A DNA stretch of 64,000 bases, taken from Candidatus Hecatella orcuttiae. GTDB taxonomy: Archaea > Thermoproteota > Bathyarchaeia > Hecatellales > Hecatellaceae. Below, in pieces: positions 55,851 through 64,000 of this stretch. The translations under genes were made by a program, and so were the position numbers. Below the pieces are notes generated by a model, which searched no databases, was not told where the DNA came from, and saw nothing but the letters and a program-made list of their open reading frames with translations. The stretch is taken from NCBI GenBank assembly GCA_002011035.2, contig MTLY02000003.1, forward strand, positions 64,001 through 128,000. Reading direction: 5' to 3'. How positions within the stretch are numbered: position 1 is the first letter of the stretch; each line of letters opens with the position of its first letter.

Positions 55851-57083
55851 TTGAAGTCCCTGAGCTTTGTTCACCTAGCCGACCTTCACCTAGGCTACAC
55901 CCAATATAATCTGCCTGAGCGCAGGGAAGACTTCAGCCGGGTCTTCGTGGAGGCGGTGGACAGAACCTTAGAGCTCAAACCTGACTTCGCCATCCTAGCC
56001 GGTGATATCTTCGACAGCCCCCGACCCAGCAACCAAACCTTAGCCACCGCCGTCCGGGAGCTGAGGCGGCTCAGGGAAGCGGGGGTCAAGGTCTTTGCCA
56101 CCGACGGCTCCCACGACATGGAGCCCAACGTCATGACGGGAACGGTGCTCACCCCCCTGCACAACGCAGGGCTCATCTGCTATCTGCCAAGGCTGGAGGG
56201 AAGCGCCTTCAGGGGAGAGGACTACTACATCTACGGGCTTCCCGGCTCCCGCAGCCTGATGGAGGCTGATGGAAAGTTTCCCTCCTACCTGAAGGATAAA
56301 CCCCCGAAGCCGGAGCCCTCTGCCTTCAACATCCTAGTCTTCCACGGAGCCTTAGACGATCCCCGGTATTCGCCCCCCTACTTTAAGCCGGACATTCGGG
56401 TGGACCATCTTCCCTCAGGATTCCAGTACTATGCCGGAGGCCACATCCACGAGCCTAAACGCCTTGAATTTAAGGGAGGCCTCCTCGCCTATCCCGGTTG
56501 CTTGGAAACCACAGACTACTCGGAGGCCGCTGTGGAGAAGGGCTTCTACCATGTGAGGGTCGAGGCTCCCGATGCCGTTCCTCGGGTTGAGAGAATCAGC
56601 GTCGAAAAGGCGAGGAGGTTCATCGTGGAGGAGCGTGACTACAGCGGCATGACCCCTAAGGCTGTCTTCCAAGAGTCTTCAAACCTCCTCGCAAGCCTAG
56701 ACAGCGAAGGGGCGGTGGTGGTCTTCCTGCTGAAGGGGCAGCTTCCCCCCGGCTACAGAAAAAGTGAGGTGGACGTCCACGGCATCAGGTCTTCAGCCCC
56801 CAAAGCCCTTCACACCATGGTCCTGAACCAGATGACGGAGGCGGAGCTGGCGGAAGAAGATGTCTTCCGGCTTAAAGAAGCTAGAGAGCTGAAAACCTTG
56901 GCTTACCGTTATCTCTTCGAGTATTTCAGACACCGTTATCCTGGAGGCGTCGACGTGAAGATGGCCAAGATAGCCTTGGAGCTGCTGGACCCCCTCATCC
57001 AAGGGGAGGAGGGGAAGGTGAAAACCCTGCTGGAGGAGGCGGTGGAAGGTTTTCCTGCAAAAGATGAGGGTTCAAAACCTTAG
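55851..57083 (+). CDS. mre11: DNA repair nuclease Mre11
   Basis: DLHLG, AGDIFD, GSHD, FH, GGHIH, YPG. Confidence 0.93.
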   Translation: MKSLSFVHLADLHLGYTQYNLPERREDFSRVFVEAVDRTLELKPDFAILAGDIFDSPRPSNQTLATAVRELRRLREAGVKVFATDGSHDMEPNVMTGTVLTPLHNAGLICYLPRLEGSAFRGEDYYIYGLPGSRSLMEADGKFPSYLKDKPPKPEPSAFNILVFHGALDDPRYSPPYFKPDIRVDHLPSGFQYYAGGHIHEPKRLEFKGGLLAYPGCLETTDYSEAAVEKGFYHVRVEAPDAVPRVERISVEKARRFIVEERDYSGMTPKAVFQESSNLLASLDSEGAVVVFLLKGQLPPGYRKSEVDVHGIRSSAPKALHTMVLNQMTEAELAEEDVFRLKEARELKTLAYRYLFEYFRHRYPGGVDVKMAKIALELLDPLIQGEEGKVKTLLEEAVEGFPAKDEGSKP

Positions 57084-59133
57084 ATCCCACCTAGACTCCC
57101 AAGCGACCTTTGGGGAGGGCTTCAACTGCATAGTGGGCGGAGTCGGCTGCGGGAAAACCTCCCTCCTCATGGCGCTCCACTTCGCCCTCTTCGGCGAGCC
57201 TCTCCACCGAAGCTACGACTACCTTTTAAGAGAGGACAAAACCTGGGGCCAAGTTGGAGTTCAGTTCGAGCACGAGGGTAAAAAATACTCCATCTTCCGA
57301 GGCTTGAAGAGGGAGAGAGACCGAATCCTCCAAGACTTCGACAAGCTGGTGCTCTTGGAGGAGGGGAAGAAAATCGCTTGGGGAAAACATGCAGCCGTCC
57401 AAGAGCAGCTCACCGCCATCACAGGCATCAGCAAAAACATGTTCGAGGAATTCGTGTGGATCCAGCAGGAGAAGCTGAAAGAAATCCTCAATATGCGCCC
57501 TGGGGATAGGCAGAAGACTCTGGACGAGTTCTTCGGGCTTTCAAGCTTTCAGAAGGCTTGGGAGAATCTTTTCCCCTACCAGAAAGAGTACGAAGGCGTT
57601 CGAAGGAACTTAGAAAGCGACCCTGACCTCCGCCACCTAGCCGACCTGAAAAAACAGTACGAAGACACCCTCTCCGAAACTATCAAACTCCAAGTGGAGC
57701 TAGAAACCTCTAAAGTCGAACTGGCCGAAGCGGAGAAGAGGCTTCTGGAAGCTGAACGCCAGCTGAGAGACCTCGAAGACTTGGAAAAAAGAGTGAACAA
57801 GCTGAAGGAGGAAAGATCCGGGCTTCAGGCACAGATAGCCGAAACGGAGGCAGCCATCCGGAGGCTTGAAGAGGAACACAGTCGCGTCGAAGAAGCCTCA
57901 GCTAAAAGCGGGGAAAAACTTCAACAGCTGAGAGTCCAGGAAGGGGGAGTTCTCACCGCTTCCAGCTCCCTGCTGGGGATGACGGTGAACTCTGGAGATG
58001 AGCTGCCTACCATCATAGAAAAACTGGAGAGCGATGTCGGAGAGCTGAGAAACACGCTAGCTCAGACAAGGGCCGCTGTGGAGGAAAGCCGTCAGGCCCG
58101 TGAGAGAATCGAGGCCGAAAAAATCTGTCCCACCTGCCGTAGAAAAATCGGCAAAACCCACAAGGAAAGGCTGAGCTTCCAGCTGAGAGAAGAGGAAGAA
58201 CAAAACCTACGAAAGATGAGGGAACTCACCGGAAAGTTGGAGGAGGCGGGGCGAAAACTCCAAACCCTCACCGCGGCCAAGAATAAACTTGAAATCTTGA
58301 GGGTGGAGATCGCCAACGCTGAGGCTGAGCTCTCTGAAAAACAGCAAACCTCCACCCAGCTGAAAAGAGAAATAGCTGAGAAAGAGAAAAGCCGCGAAAA
58401 ACTAGCCCAACGCCTGCGGGAAGTCGACGCCCAGATAGGAGAATTCCGGGTTGAAGTCTTGGAGTCGGCTAGGAAGCTCAGAGAGGAAAGCCGCCTGAGA
58501 CGGGAAAGGCTTCTGCAGTCCATCCAGTTTCAGGAGAAAATGATCCAAGAAAAAAACTCCAGCCTAAGCTTGCTGGAGGAGAGGATCAAGAACGCTGAAC
58601 AGAAACAAGCTCAAAAGAGGAAGGCTGAAAACCTAGCCGCCGCCGTTGAGGAGCTGAGACACGCCTACCGGGAGGTAGTCCCCCTTCTCCGGAGGCTGTA
58701 CGTGGAAAGCCTGAGACATGCTATGCAGTCGGTGATGGACAGCCTTACCGTGGAGGCGGCTAGAAGCCTCAGCATCGAAATCGACGAAGAATACACTCCC
58801 TTCCTCGTGGAGGCTTCAGGCTTCCGGCGAGGCGTTCACCACCTTTCCGGGGGAGAGCGAACTTGGCTGTCTCTAGCCTACAGGGTGGGCCTAGGCCAAC
58901 TCATCACCGAAGCCCGGACAGGGCAAAGCTTGGAGCTGCTCATCCTCGACGAGCCCACCGAGGCGCTGGGGGAGGAGGACCGAAGCATCGAAGCCTTGGC
59001 GGAGGCTATATCCAACCTGAAAAACGTCAGGCAGATCATCGTCGTAACCCACTCAGAACGTCTCGCCCAAGCAGCCTCGACGAGAATTTTAGTAGAGAAA
59101 AGAGACGGCGTAAGCCGGGTGGAAAAAGTCTAG
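57064..59133 (+). CDS. rad50: Rad50 ATPase (may start at GTT 57049)
   Basis: NLRSH, GGVGCGKTS, coiled coil, CPTC zinc hook, LSGGE, LDEPT, VTH. Confidence 0.93.
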   Translation: MRVQNLRSHLDSQATFGEGFNCIVGGVGCGKTSLLMALHFALFGEPLHRSYDYLLREDKTWGQVGVQFEHEGKKYSIFRGLKRERDRILQDFDKLVLLEEGKKIAWGKHAAVQEQLTAITGISKNMFEEFVWIQQEKLKEILNMRPGDRQKTLDEFFGLSSFQKAWENLFPYQKEYEGVRRNLESDPDLRHLADLKKQYEDTLSETIKLQVELETSKVELAEAEKRLLEAERQLRDLEDLEKRVNKLKEERSGLQAQIAETEAAIRRLEEEHSRVEEASAKSGEKLQQLRVQEGGVLTASSSLLGMTVNSGDELPTIIEKLESDVGELRNTLAQTRAAVEESRQARERIEAEKICPTCRRKIGKTHKERLSFQLREEEEQNLRKMRELTGKLEEAGRKLQTLTAAKNKLEILRVEIANAEAELSEKQQTSTQLKREIAEKEKSREKLAQRLREVDAQIGEFRVEVLESARKLREESRLRRERLLQSIQFQEKMIQEKNSSLSLLEERIKNAEQKQAQKRKAENLAAAVEELRHAYREVVPLLRRLYVESLRHAMQSVMDSLTVEAARSLSIEIDEEYTPFLVEASGFRRGVHHLSGGERTWLSLAYRVGLGQLITEARTGQSLELLILDEPTEALGEEDRSIEALAEAISNLKNVRQIIVVTHSERLAQAASTRILVEKRDGVSRVEKV

Positions 59134-59148
59134 GAGACGGCCTTTTTT

Positions 59149-59433
59149 TCAGCCTTCTTTCTTCTCCTCGGTTTGAGCTGAAGTGGAGGCACTCGGTGTC
59201 TCGGAGGCTGGAGGCGTTTCGATGGTGGGCGGTGCAGGGGCAGGCGTGGTGAGGAGGGTGTAGCCTATCCACGCTAGGATGAGACATAGAGCGCCGACCA
59301 GGATGACCATGACCACGGTGACGGCCAGCCACCAAGTCCAAGGCCCCGCTGCTAGGGCGTAGAGGTAGACCGCTAATGCCAAAAGACTTCCAACTAGGAG
59401 AATACCGCCTAAAGCCCTATCACTCAAAGCCAA
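59149..59433 (-). CDS. Small two-TM membrane protein, possibly DPM2/DPM3-like
   Basis: DRALGGILLVGS...Y; LAWIGYTLLTTP; acidic, Pro-rich tail. Confidence 0.7.
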   Translation of the reverse strand: MALSDRALGGILLVGSLLALAVYLYALAAGPWTWWLAVTVVMVILVGALCLILAWIGYTLLTTPAPAPPTIETPPASETPSASTSAQTEEKKEG

Positions 59434-59544
59434 TGTGATACAGCCTCAAACAAAATCTCATGTTCGGAAACAATATATAACCTTTACCTTCAATTGCGAC
59501 CATCATCGACTCCTATGCGCTAATAGGCCCCCGGATGATCTAAT

Positions 59545-61008
59545 TTACTTCCTCCCTCGACGCACGTAATACACAACCAAAGCCACGACGACCACAACCG
59601 CCACTATCAAAGCAACAACCGGCATGAGCCTCTGAACCACCGGAACAGGCGTGGGTGTTGGTGTCGGTGTTGGGGTCGGCGTGGGTGTTGGAGTAGGCGT
59701 AGGAGTCGGTGTCGGTGTTGGGGTCGGCGTGGGTGTTGGAGTAGGCGTAGGAGTCGGTGTCGGTGTTGGGGTCGGCACGAATATAATCCCTCTTTCCACC
59801 AGTATGTCTACGATTTCCGGAGACAAGTATGCTTTCAACGTGTCCAAGGCGGTAACAGACAAGCCTCGGGATATGTTAACCAATTTCTGGACGCTGAGGT
59901 GTTCGTAGATCTTCGCAACACTCAAAGCTTTGCCAAGCTGGATCAGACGCTCAATAGCCAAAGTAGCTCTCTGCGTCTCCATGACTTCCACGATGGCTGC
60001 AGCGTCCTCGGGAGTGGACGGAAGTCTCACTATTTCATCCAAGATAGAGGCTACGAGATCCACGCTTACAATCGGAGCCTCGAGGATACGTGCAGCAGTG
60101 CCTGGAAGAATTGTTTCCAAAATCTGAGCTGTAGCTCTTAAGTTAACCGCCGCCATCTCCACCACAACTCTCGCCGTTCCTACGACGGTCTGTTCAGCCA
60201 TAGCCGTCACAGCCTCCGCCGCAGCCTCTATCGACACCTCAATCAAAACTTCAGCTGAATCCGACGGCAGAGCTTGCAGGAGGCGTGTGGCCGCCTCTTC
60301 GGGGGCCTCTTCAATTTCAGCGGGTGAGGGAGGAGGTACTCCCGGTAGAATCAGAGTAGGCGCGCTGGGGAGGGGTGCCGGGGTTGGGGTTGGCGTGGGG
60401 TTAACGGTGAAAGTGAGCACTCCAGGAGAAAACTTAGTGGTAGTTATGGTATCCCATGGCTCTGTCCACACTTCCACTCTTGTCTGATAAGTGCCCGGGC
60501 TTAGAACAGCCGTATTTATGGTGACAGTGTAGGTGATGGTCTGAGGGCCGGGATAACCATATCCGAAGCCTATGTACCCGTAACCGTATCCCATTCCTGT
60601 AAATCCGGGAGGCAACCAACCGTACCCGTAGCTGGTGAGGTTGCCGTATTCATAGCCTGTAGGACCACCTGTCGGTGAAACAGTTACGCTGTATAGGAGG
60701 CCGGAAGGAGACTGGGGGCCCAGCGTCCCATTTGCATACCAGAAGCCGTAGATGCTCCACGATCCACTGCCATCATCCAAGTAGATGGCTGGGTAGAGGG
60801 GTGTCCGTTCTCCTGTTTCGATGGTGACGGTGACGGTGAAAGTAGCCAAGTCGCCTTGTGTGTAGATTTGACCGTCCAAGCCCGTGGTGGTTACGGTGAT
60901 GGCTCTGGCGGTTTGGGATGGGAGATAGAGGAGAAGGGATACTATCACTAATGTGATGAGTAAGCTAGTAAGAGTTTTACTAGCCTTTATTCTCGAGAAA
61001 ACACCCAT
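59545..61008 (-). CDS. Membrane-anchored cell-surface protein
   Basis: Signal peptide (ARA), Thr-rich beta domain with GYG repeats, helical repeats, long (PT)n linker, TM helix plus RRGRK. Confidence 0.85.
   Translation of the reverse strand: MGVFSRIKASKTLTSLLITLVIVSLLLYLPSQTARAITVTTTGLDGQIYTQGDLATFTVTVTIETGERTPLYPAIYLDDGSGSWSIYGFWYANGTLGPQSPSGLLYSVTVSPTGGPTGYEYGNLTSYGYGWLPPGFTGMGYGYGYIGFGYGYPGPQTITYTVTINTAVLSPGTYQTRVEVWTEPWDTITTTKFSPGVLTFTVNPTPTPTPAPLPSAPTLILPGVPPPSPAEIEEAPEEAATRLLQALPSDSAEVLIEVSIEAAAEAVTAMAEQTVVGTARVVVEMAAVNLRATAQILETILPGTAARILEAPIVSVDLVASILDEIVRLPSTPEDAAAIVEVMETQRATLAIERLIQLGKALSVAKIYEHLSVQKLVNISRGLSVTALDTLKAYLSPEIVDILVERGIIFVPTPTPTPTPTPTPTPTPTPTPTPTPTPTPTPTPTPTPTPTPTPVPVVQRLMPVVALIVAVVVVVALVVYYVRRGRK
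59648..59776. repeat. Pro-Thr coding repeat with an exact 48-bp higher-order unit (about 2.4 copies from 59660)
   Basis: GGTGTCGGTGTTGGGGTCGGCGTGGGTGTTGGAGTAGGCGTAGGAGTC at 59660 and 59708, partial copy at 59756. Confidence 0.9.
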
Positions 61009-61272
61009 CGCCCATCACAATTGAATAAAAAATGTTCCCCCTATCTGACTCTGTTTATTTCGGCCAATTGACTATTTAAAATTTATGTCCACCCTTGAAT
61101 GTACGCATTCCTATAACTGAACTTAAACTGGGTGAACTTCTAAATAATACTATATGCAGGTGGTCTTTCCTGTGATAAACTTAATAAGGCCTCCAAATCA
61201 CCTCCTAGATAAAGGAGGCCGCTTACTCTCTTAAAGACAAGTTTATGCTTAACTCTCGAAAGCTAACACCCA

Positions 61273-63105
61273 GTGGGTTGTATGTGCAGAATATTCGCTG
61301 CGATCCTAAAAGGCGGCAAGGCTTCCCCCATCCTCACCGCAGGTTTAAAGAGGCTGGAGTACGGAGGCTACGACTCAGCGGGAATCGCAACCATACACAA
61401 CGGCAGACTCTTCGTGAAAAAAGACGCAGGAAAAATCAACGAAGTCGACCGGCGGCTCGACTTCGGCAGCCTCCCCGGCTCTCTGGGCATAGCCCACAAC
61501 CGGTGGGCTACCCACGGTGCACCCGTACAGGTTAACGCTCATCCTCACACCGACTGCAAAGGCAGCGTAGCCGTTGTGCACAACGGCATCATCGAGAACT
61601 TCGCGGAGTTGAAAAAGGAGCTTCTGGATAAGGGGCACCACTTTATTTCGAAGACAGACACGGAGGTCGTCGCCCATTTGGTGGAGGAGTACCTCCTCCA
61701 AGGAATCAGTTTTCGGGACGCTTGTCTTCACGCTTCTAGGAGGCTGGAGGGGTCCTATGCTTTGGCCGTCATCTCGACGGTGGAGCCTAGCCGGATTATG
61801 CTCCTCCGCAAGGACAGCCCTCTGCTCCTAGGGCTCTCCGACGAGGGAAACTTCGCATCATCCGACGCTGTGGCGTTCATCGACCACACTCAAGATGCAG
61901 TTCCCTTGGATTCTGGGGAAATGGCTGAACTTACTTCCTCCGCCTACTCGGTTTTCAGAACCGCCGACGGGAAGGCTGTGCTGAAGAAACCCATCAGGCT
62001 CGAGTGGACTTTGGAAGAGGCCTCTAAGGAGGGTTTTCCCCATTTCATGCTCAAAGAAATCTTCGAACAGTCCAGATCTCTTCACTACGCTTTGAATCTT
62101 CAAAAGCCTTATCTGGAACTTATGGCCGAGCTTCTCGACAGGTCTAAGACGGTCTACTTGGTTGCAGCCGGGACCTCCTACCATTCCTGTGTTGCAGCCA
62201 GTTATATTTACTCGGAGTTGGCGGCCCTCACAGCCATACCAGTGGTGGCCAGCGAGTTCGTCGAGCAGTATGGGCGGTCGGTGAACGTAGACTCCACAGT
62301 CCTCCTCGTTTCTCAGTCGGGAGAAACAGCGGATGTTTTACGGGCGGCTGAGTATGTGAAGGCGAAGGCTGCGACGGTCTTGGGAATAACCAATGTGCTC
62401 GGCTCGACGCTCACTAGGGTTACAAGAGCCTACCTCCTCCAGCAATCCGGCCCGGAGCTTGGAGTCGCGGCGACTAAAACCTACGCTTCCCAGTTGCTCA
62501 CTCACATGCAACTCGCCCTCTACCTAGGGAAGAAAAGGGGGAAGCTCTCCCAGTCTGAAGTAGACTACTACCTAGATGCATTCAAAAAAACGCCGGAACT
62601 GGTTGAACAGGCCCTGAGAGAGCATGATGAGCGGATGAAAAAGCTGGCGAGAAAATATCTGAGCAGAAAACATTTCTTCTTCCTCGCAAGAGGCCTGAAC
62701 ACAGCCACAGCCTTGGAAGCTAGGCTGAAGCTGTCGGAGATCGCTTGCACGCCCTCCACAGCTCTCCCTGCTGGAGAGAGCAAACACGGGCCTATATCCC
62801 TCGTAGAGAAAGGAGTTCCAGCGGTTTTCATCGCGCCGGATGATGGAACCAACAAATTGATGGAGGGGAACATCATGGAGATGAAGGCACGAGGAGCTGA
62901 GGCCATCATTCTCGGAGCGAGGGATGACGAGAAGCTGAGGAGGCTGAGCGACGAATACGTAGCCCTGCCGCCGGACATCCCCGGCATCCTCACTCCCATC
63001 GTCTACGTGGTTCCTCTCCAACTGTTCGCTTACCACATGGCTGTTGAAAAGGGTCTAGACCCAGATAAGCCCAGAAACTTGGCAAAATCCGTGACAGTTT
63101 TATAG
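61273..63105 (+). CDS. glmS: Glutamine-fructose-6-phosphate transaminase (likely start ATG 61282, MCRIF)
   Basis: LEYGGYDSAG, RWATHG, HNGIIEN, SQSGETAD, AATKT, KHGP, DKPRNLAKSVTV. Confidence 0.96.
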   Translation: MGCMCRIFAAILKGGKASPILTAGLKRLEYGGYDSAGIATIHNGRLFVKKDAGKINEVDRRLDFGSLPGSLGIAHNRWATHGAPVQVNAHPHTDCKGSVAVVHNGIIENFAELKKELLDKGHHFISKTDTEVVAHLVEEYLLQGISFRDACLHASRRLEGSYALAVISTVEPSRIMLLRKDSPLLLGLSDEGNFASSDAVAFIDHTQDAVPLDSGEMAELTSSAYSVFRTADGKAVLKKPIRLEWTLEEASKEGFPHFMLKEIFEQSRSLHYALNLQKPYLELMAELLDRSKTVYLVAAGTSYHSCVAASYIYSELAALTAIPVVASEFVEQYGRSVNVDSTVLLVSQSGETADVLRAAEYVKAKAATVLGITNVLGSTLTRVTRAYLLQQSGPELGVAATKTYASQLLTHMQLALYLGKKRGKLSQSEVDYYLDAFKKTPELVEQALREHDERMKKLARKYLSRKHFFFLARGLNTATALEARLKLSEIACTPSTALPAGESKHGPISLVEKGVPAVFIAPDDGTNKLMEGNIMEMKARGAEAIILGARDDEKLRRLSDEYVALPPDIPGILTPIVYVVPLQLFAYHMAVEKGLDPDKPRNLAKSVTVL

Positions 63106-63306
63106 CCTACTGAATTCGGTGGCCTGTTCGCAGCTCACTAGGTTTCTGCGGGTGCTTCCCGGCCGGGACTGCGAGTAGAATCAAATGTAAATCAAGTTTT
63201 TCTGCGCAGTAAGCAGAAAGAGAATGTTCAAGTTCTAACAAATGCACTAAACATATTAATTAATTTGTTTACAGAAGACTATCCTAAAAGCTTAAGGTGC
63301 TTCATT

Positions 63307-64000
63307 TTGAAGGTTAAGGGAAATGCTGCGAGGCTTATTCTCTCCTCCTCCATCGGTGTCATTCTCTTTGCGGGAATGCTTTGGTTCGTCGGAGTGGATA
63401 GGCTTTGGCTGTCGATGGAGAAAGCCTCCCCTGCATGGTTAGCAGTGTCCGCCTCCATGCTCTTGCCTTTCTATCTGGTTCGGGCGTGGCGTTGGAGAAT
63501 GATCCTAACTCCGGTGAAAAATCCCGTCAAGCTTTCCAATGTTTTCTGGATCACTGCCATAGGCTACTTGGTCAACACCTTGATCCCCATCAGGCTGGGA
63601 GAACTGGTGAGAGCGGTACTGCTGGACCGAAAGGAGAAAACAGGCTTCTTCGAAGGCGCTTCCTCCATCATCATTGAAAGGATACTGGACCTGTTTGGAA
63701 TCGTAATGCTAGGAGCGTTGGCGTTAGTTCTCCTGCCCAAAATGAGCCTGCCCGCATGGATTTTCGACACCCTAAGAGTGGTGGTGCTGGTGGTGGCGGC
63801 AACCTTGATAATCCTACTAGCTGGGACAAGGGCTGAAAGCAAGATAATCGCCGGCGTCTCTCACATACTCTCCGCCATCCGTTTCCCTGCAAAATGGAGG
63901 GAAAAAATCCTAGGCTACGTAGGCTCTCTTGTTAAGGGAGCCAGGCCAGTCGCCCAGAATCCAAGACTGCTTCTTTCAGCTCTAGCCTTAACTTGGGTGC
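63307..64000 (+). CDS. LPG-synthase TM / UPF0104 flippase-like membrane protein, 3'-truncated (absent from ORF track)
   Basis: Hand translation: MKVKGNAARL...VRAWRW...GYLVNTLIPIRLGELVRA...IERILD. Confidence 0.85.
   Translation, partial: MKVKGNAARLILSSSIGVILFAGMLWFVGVDRLWLSMEKASPAWLAVSASMLLPFYLVRAWRWRMILTPVKNPVKLSNVFWITAIGYLVNTLIPIRLGELVRAVLLDRKEKTGFFEGASSIIIERILDLFGIVMLGALALVLLPKMSLPAWIFDTLRVVVLVVAATLIILLAGTRAESKIIAGVSHILSAIRFPAKWREKILGYVGSLVKGARPVAQNPRLLLSALALTWV

Noticed and set aside
59651-59908. (GV)n repeat ORF; possible CRISPR-like array
   Set aside because: Antisense of the Pro-Thr linker; no unique spacers
63106-63306. GC-rich palindrome TCCCGGCCGGGA after glmS; possible glmS ribozyme or ncRNA
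   Set aside because: It lies downstream rather than in the leader, lacks ribozyme motifs and is too short to support a call

Overview
Gene-dense archaeal core-genome window. Archaeal markers include L18e, RpoD/RpoN, GatDE, RadA/RadB, NucS and HerA-NurA/Mre11-Rad50. The gene set and frequent TTG/GTG starts suggest a TACK-group archaeon such as Bathyarchaeia (inference, not confirmed). In order, the window holds: the 3' part of a class II ribonucleotide reductase; a SufS/FdhD/ubiquitin-like carrier/ThrC-like sulfur cluster; radB, topA and an orphan DNA methyltransferase; the S13-S4-S11-rpoD-L18e-L13-S9-rpoN-eno operon; a DPSL/ZIP/Rieske iron-stress block; a MtaA-like methyltransferase followed by two tandem nucleotidyltransferases; thi4, nucS, fumarase subunits, radA and rqcH; a QueG-like Fe-S protein with a small partner; an ABC exporter, glyA and acr3; two PAC2 chaperones, elp3 and gatDE; a wHTH-wHTH-nurA-herA operon separated from mre11-rad50 by an AT-rich islet; a Pro-Thr-repeat surface protein; glmS; and a truncated flippase-like gene. 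I found no rRNA, intact tRNA, CRISPR array or transposase. Best leads: (1) the nuclease / wHTH-wHTH-NurA-HerA locus with a palindromic operator; (2) the QueG-like reductase plus partner module; (3) small membrane proteins resembling eukaryotic ER subunits (OSTC/DC2, EMC6/OPTI, DPM2/3); (4) the tandem COG1665-type nucleotidyltransferases; (5) the islet with two paralogous membrane proteins and an internally deleted RelE toxin; (6) repeated signs of non-canonical start codons. All family calls come from motifs recognised by eye; no database search was run.
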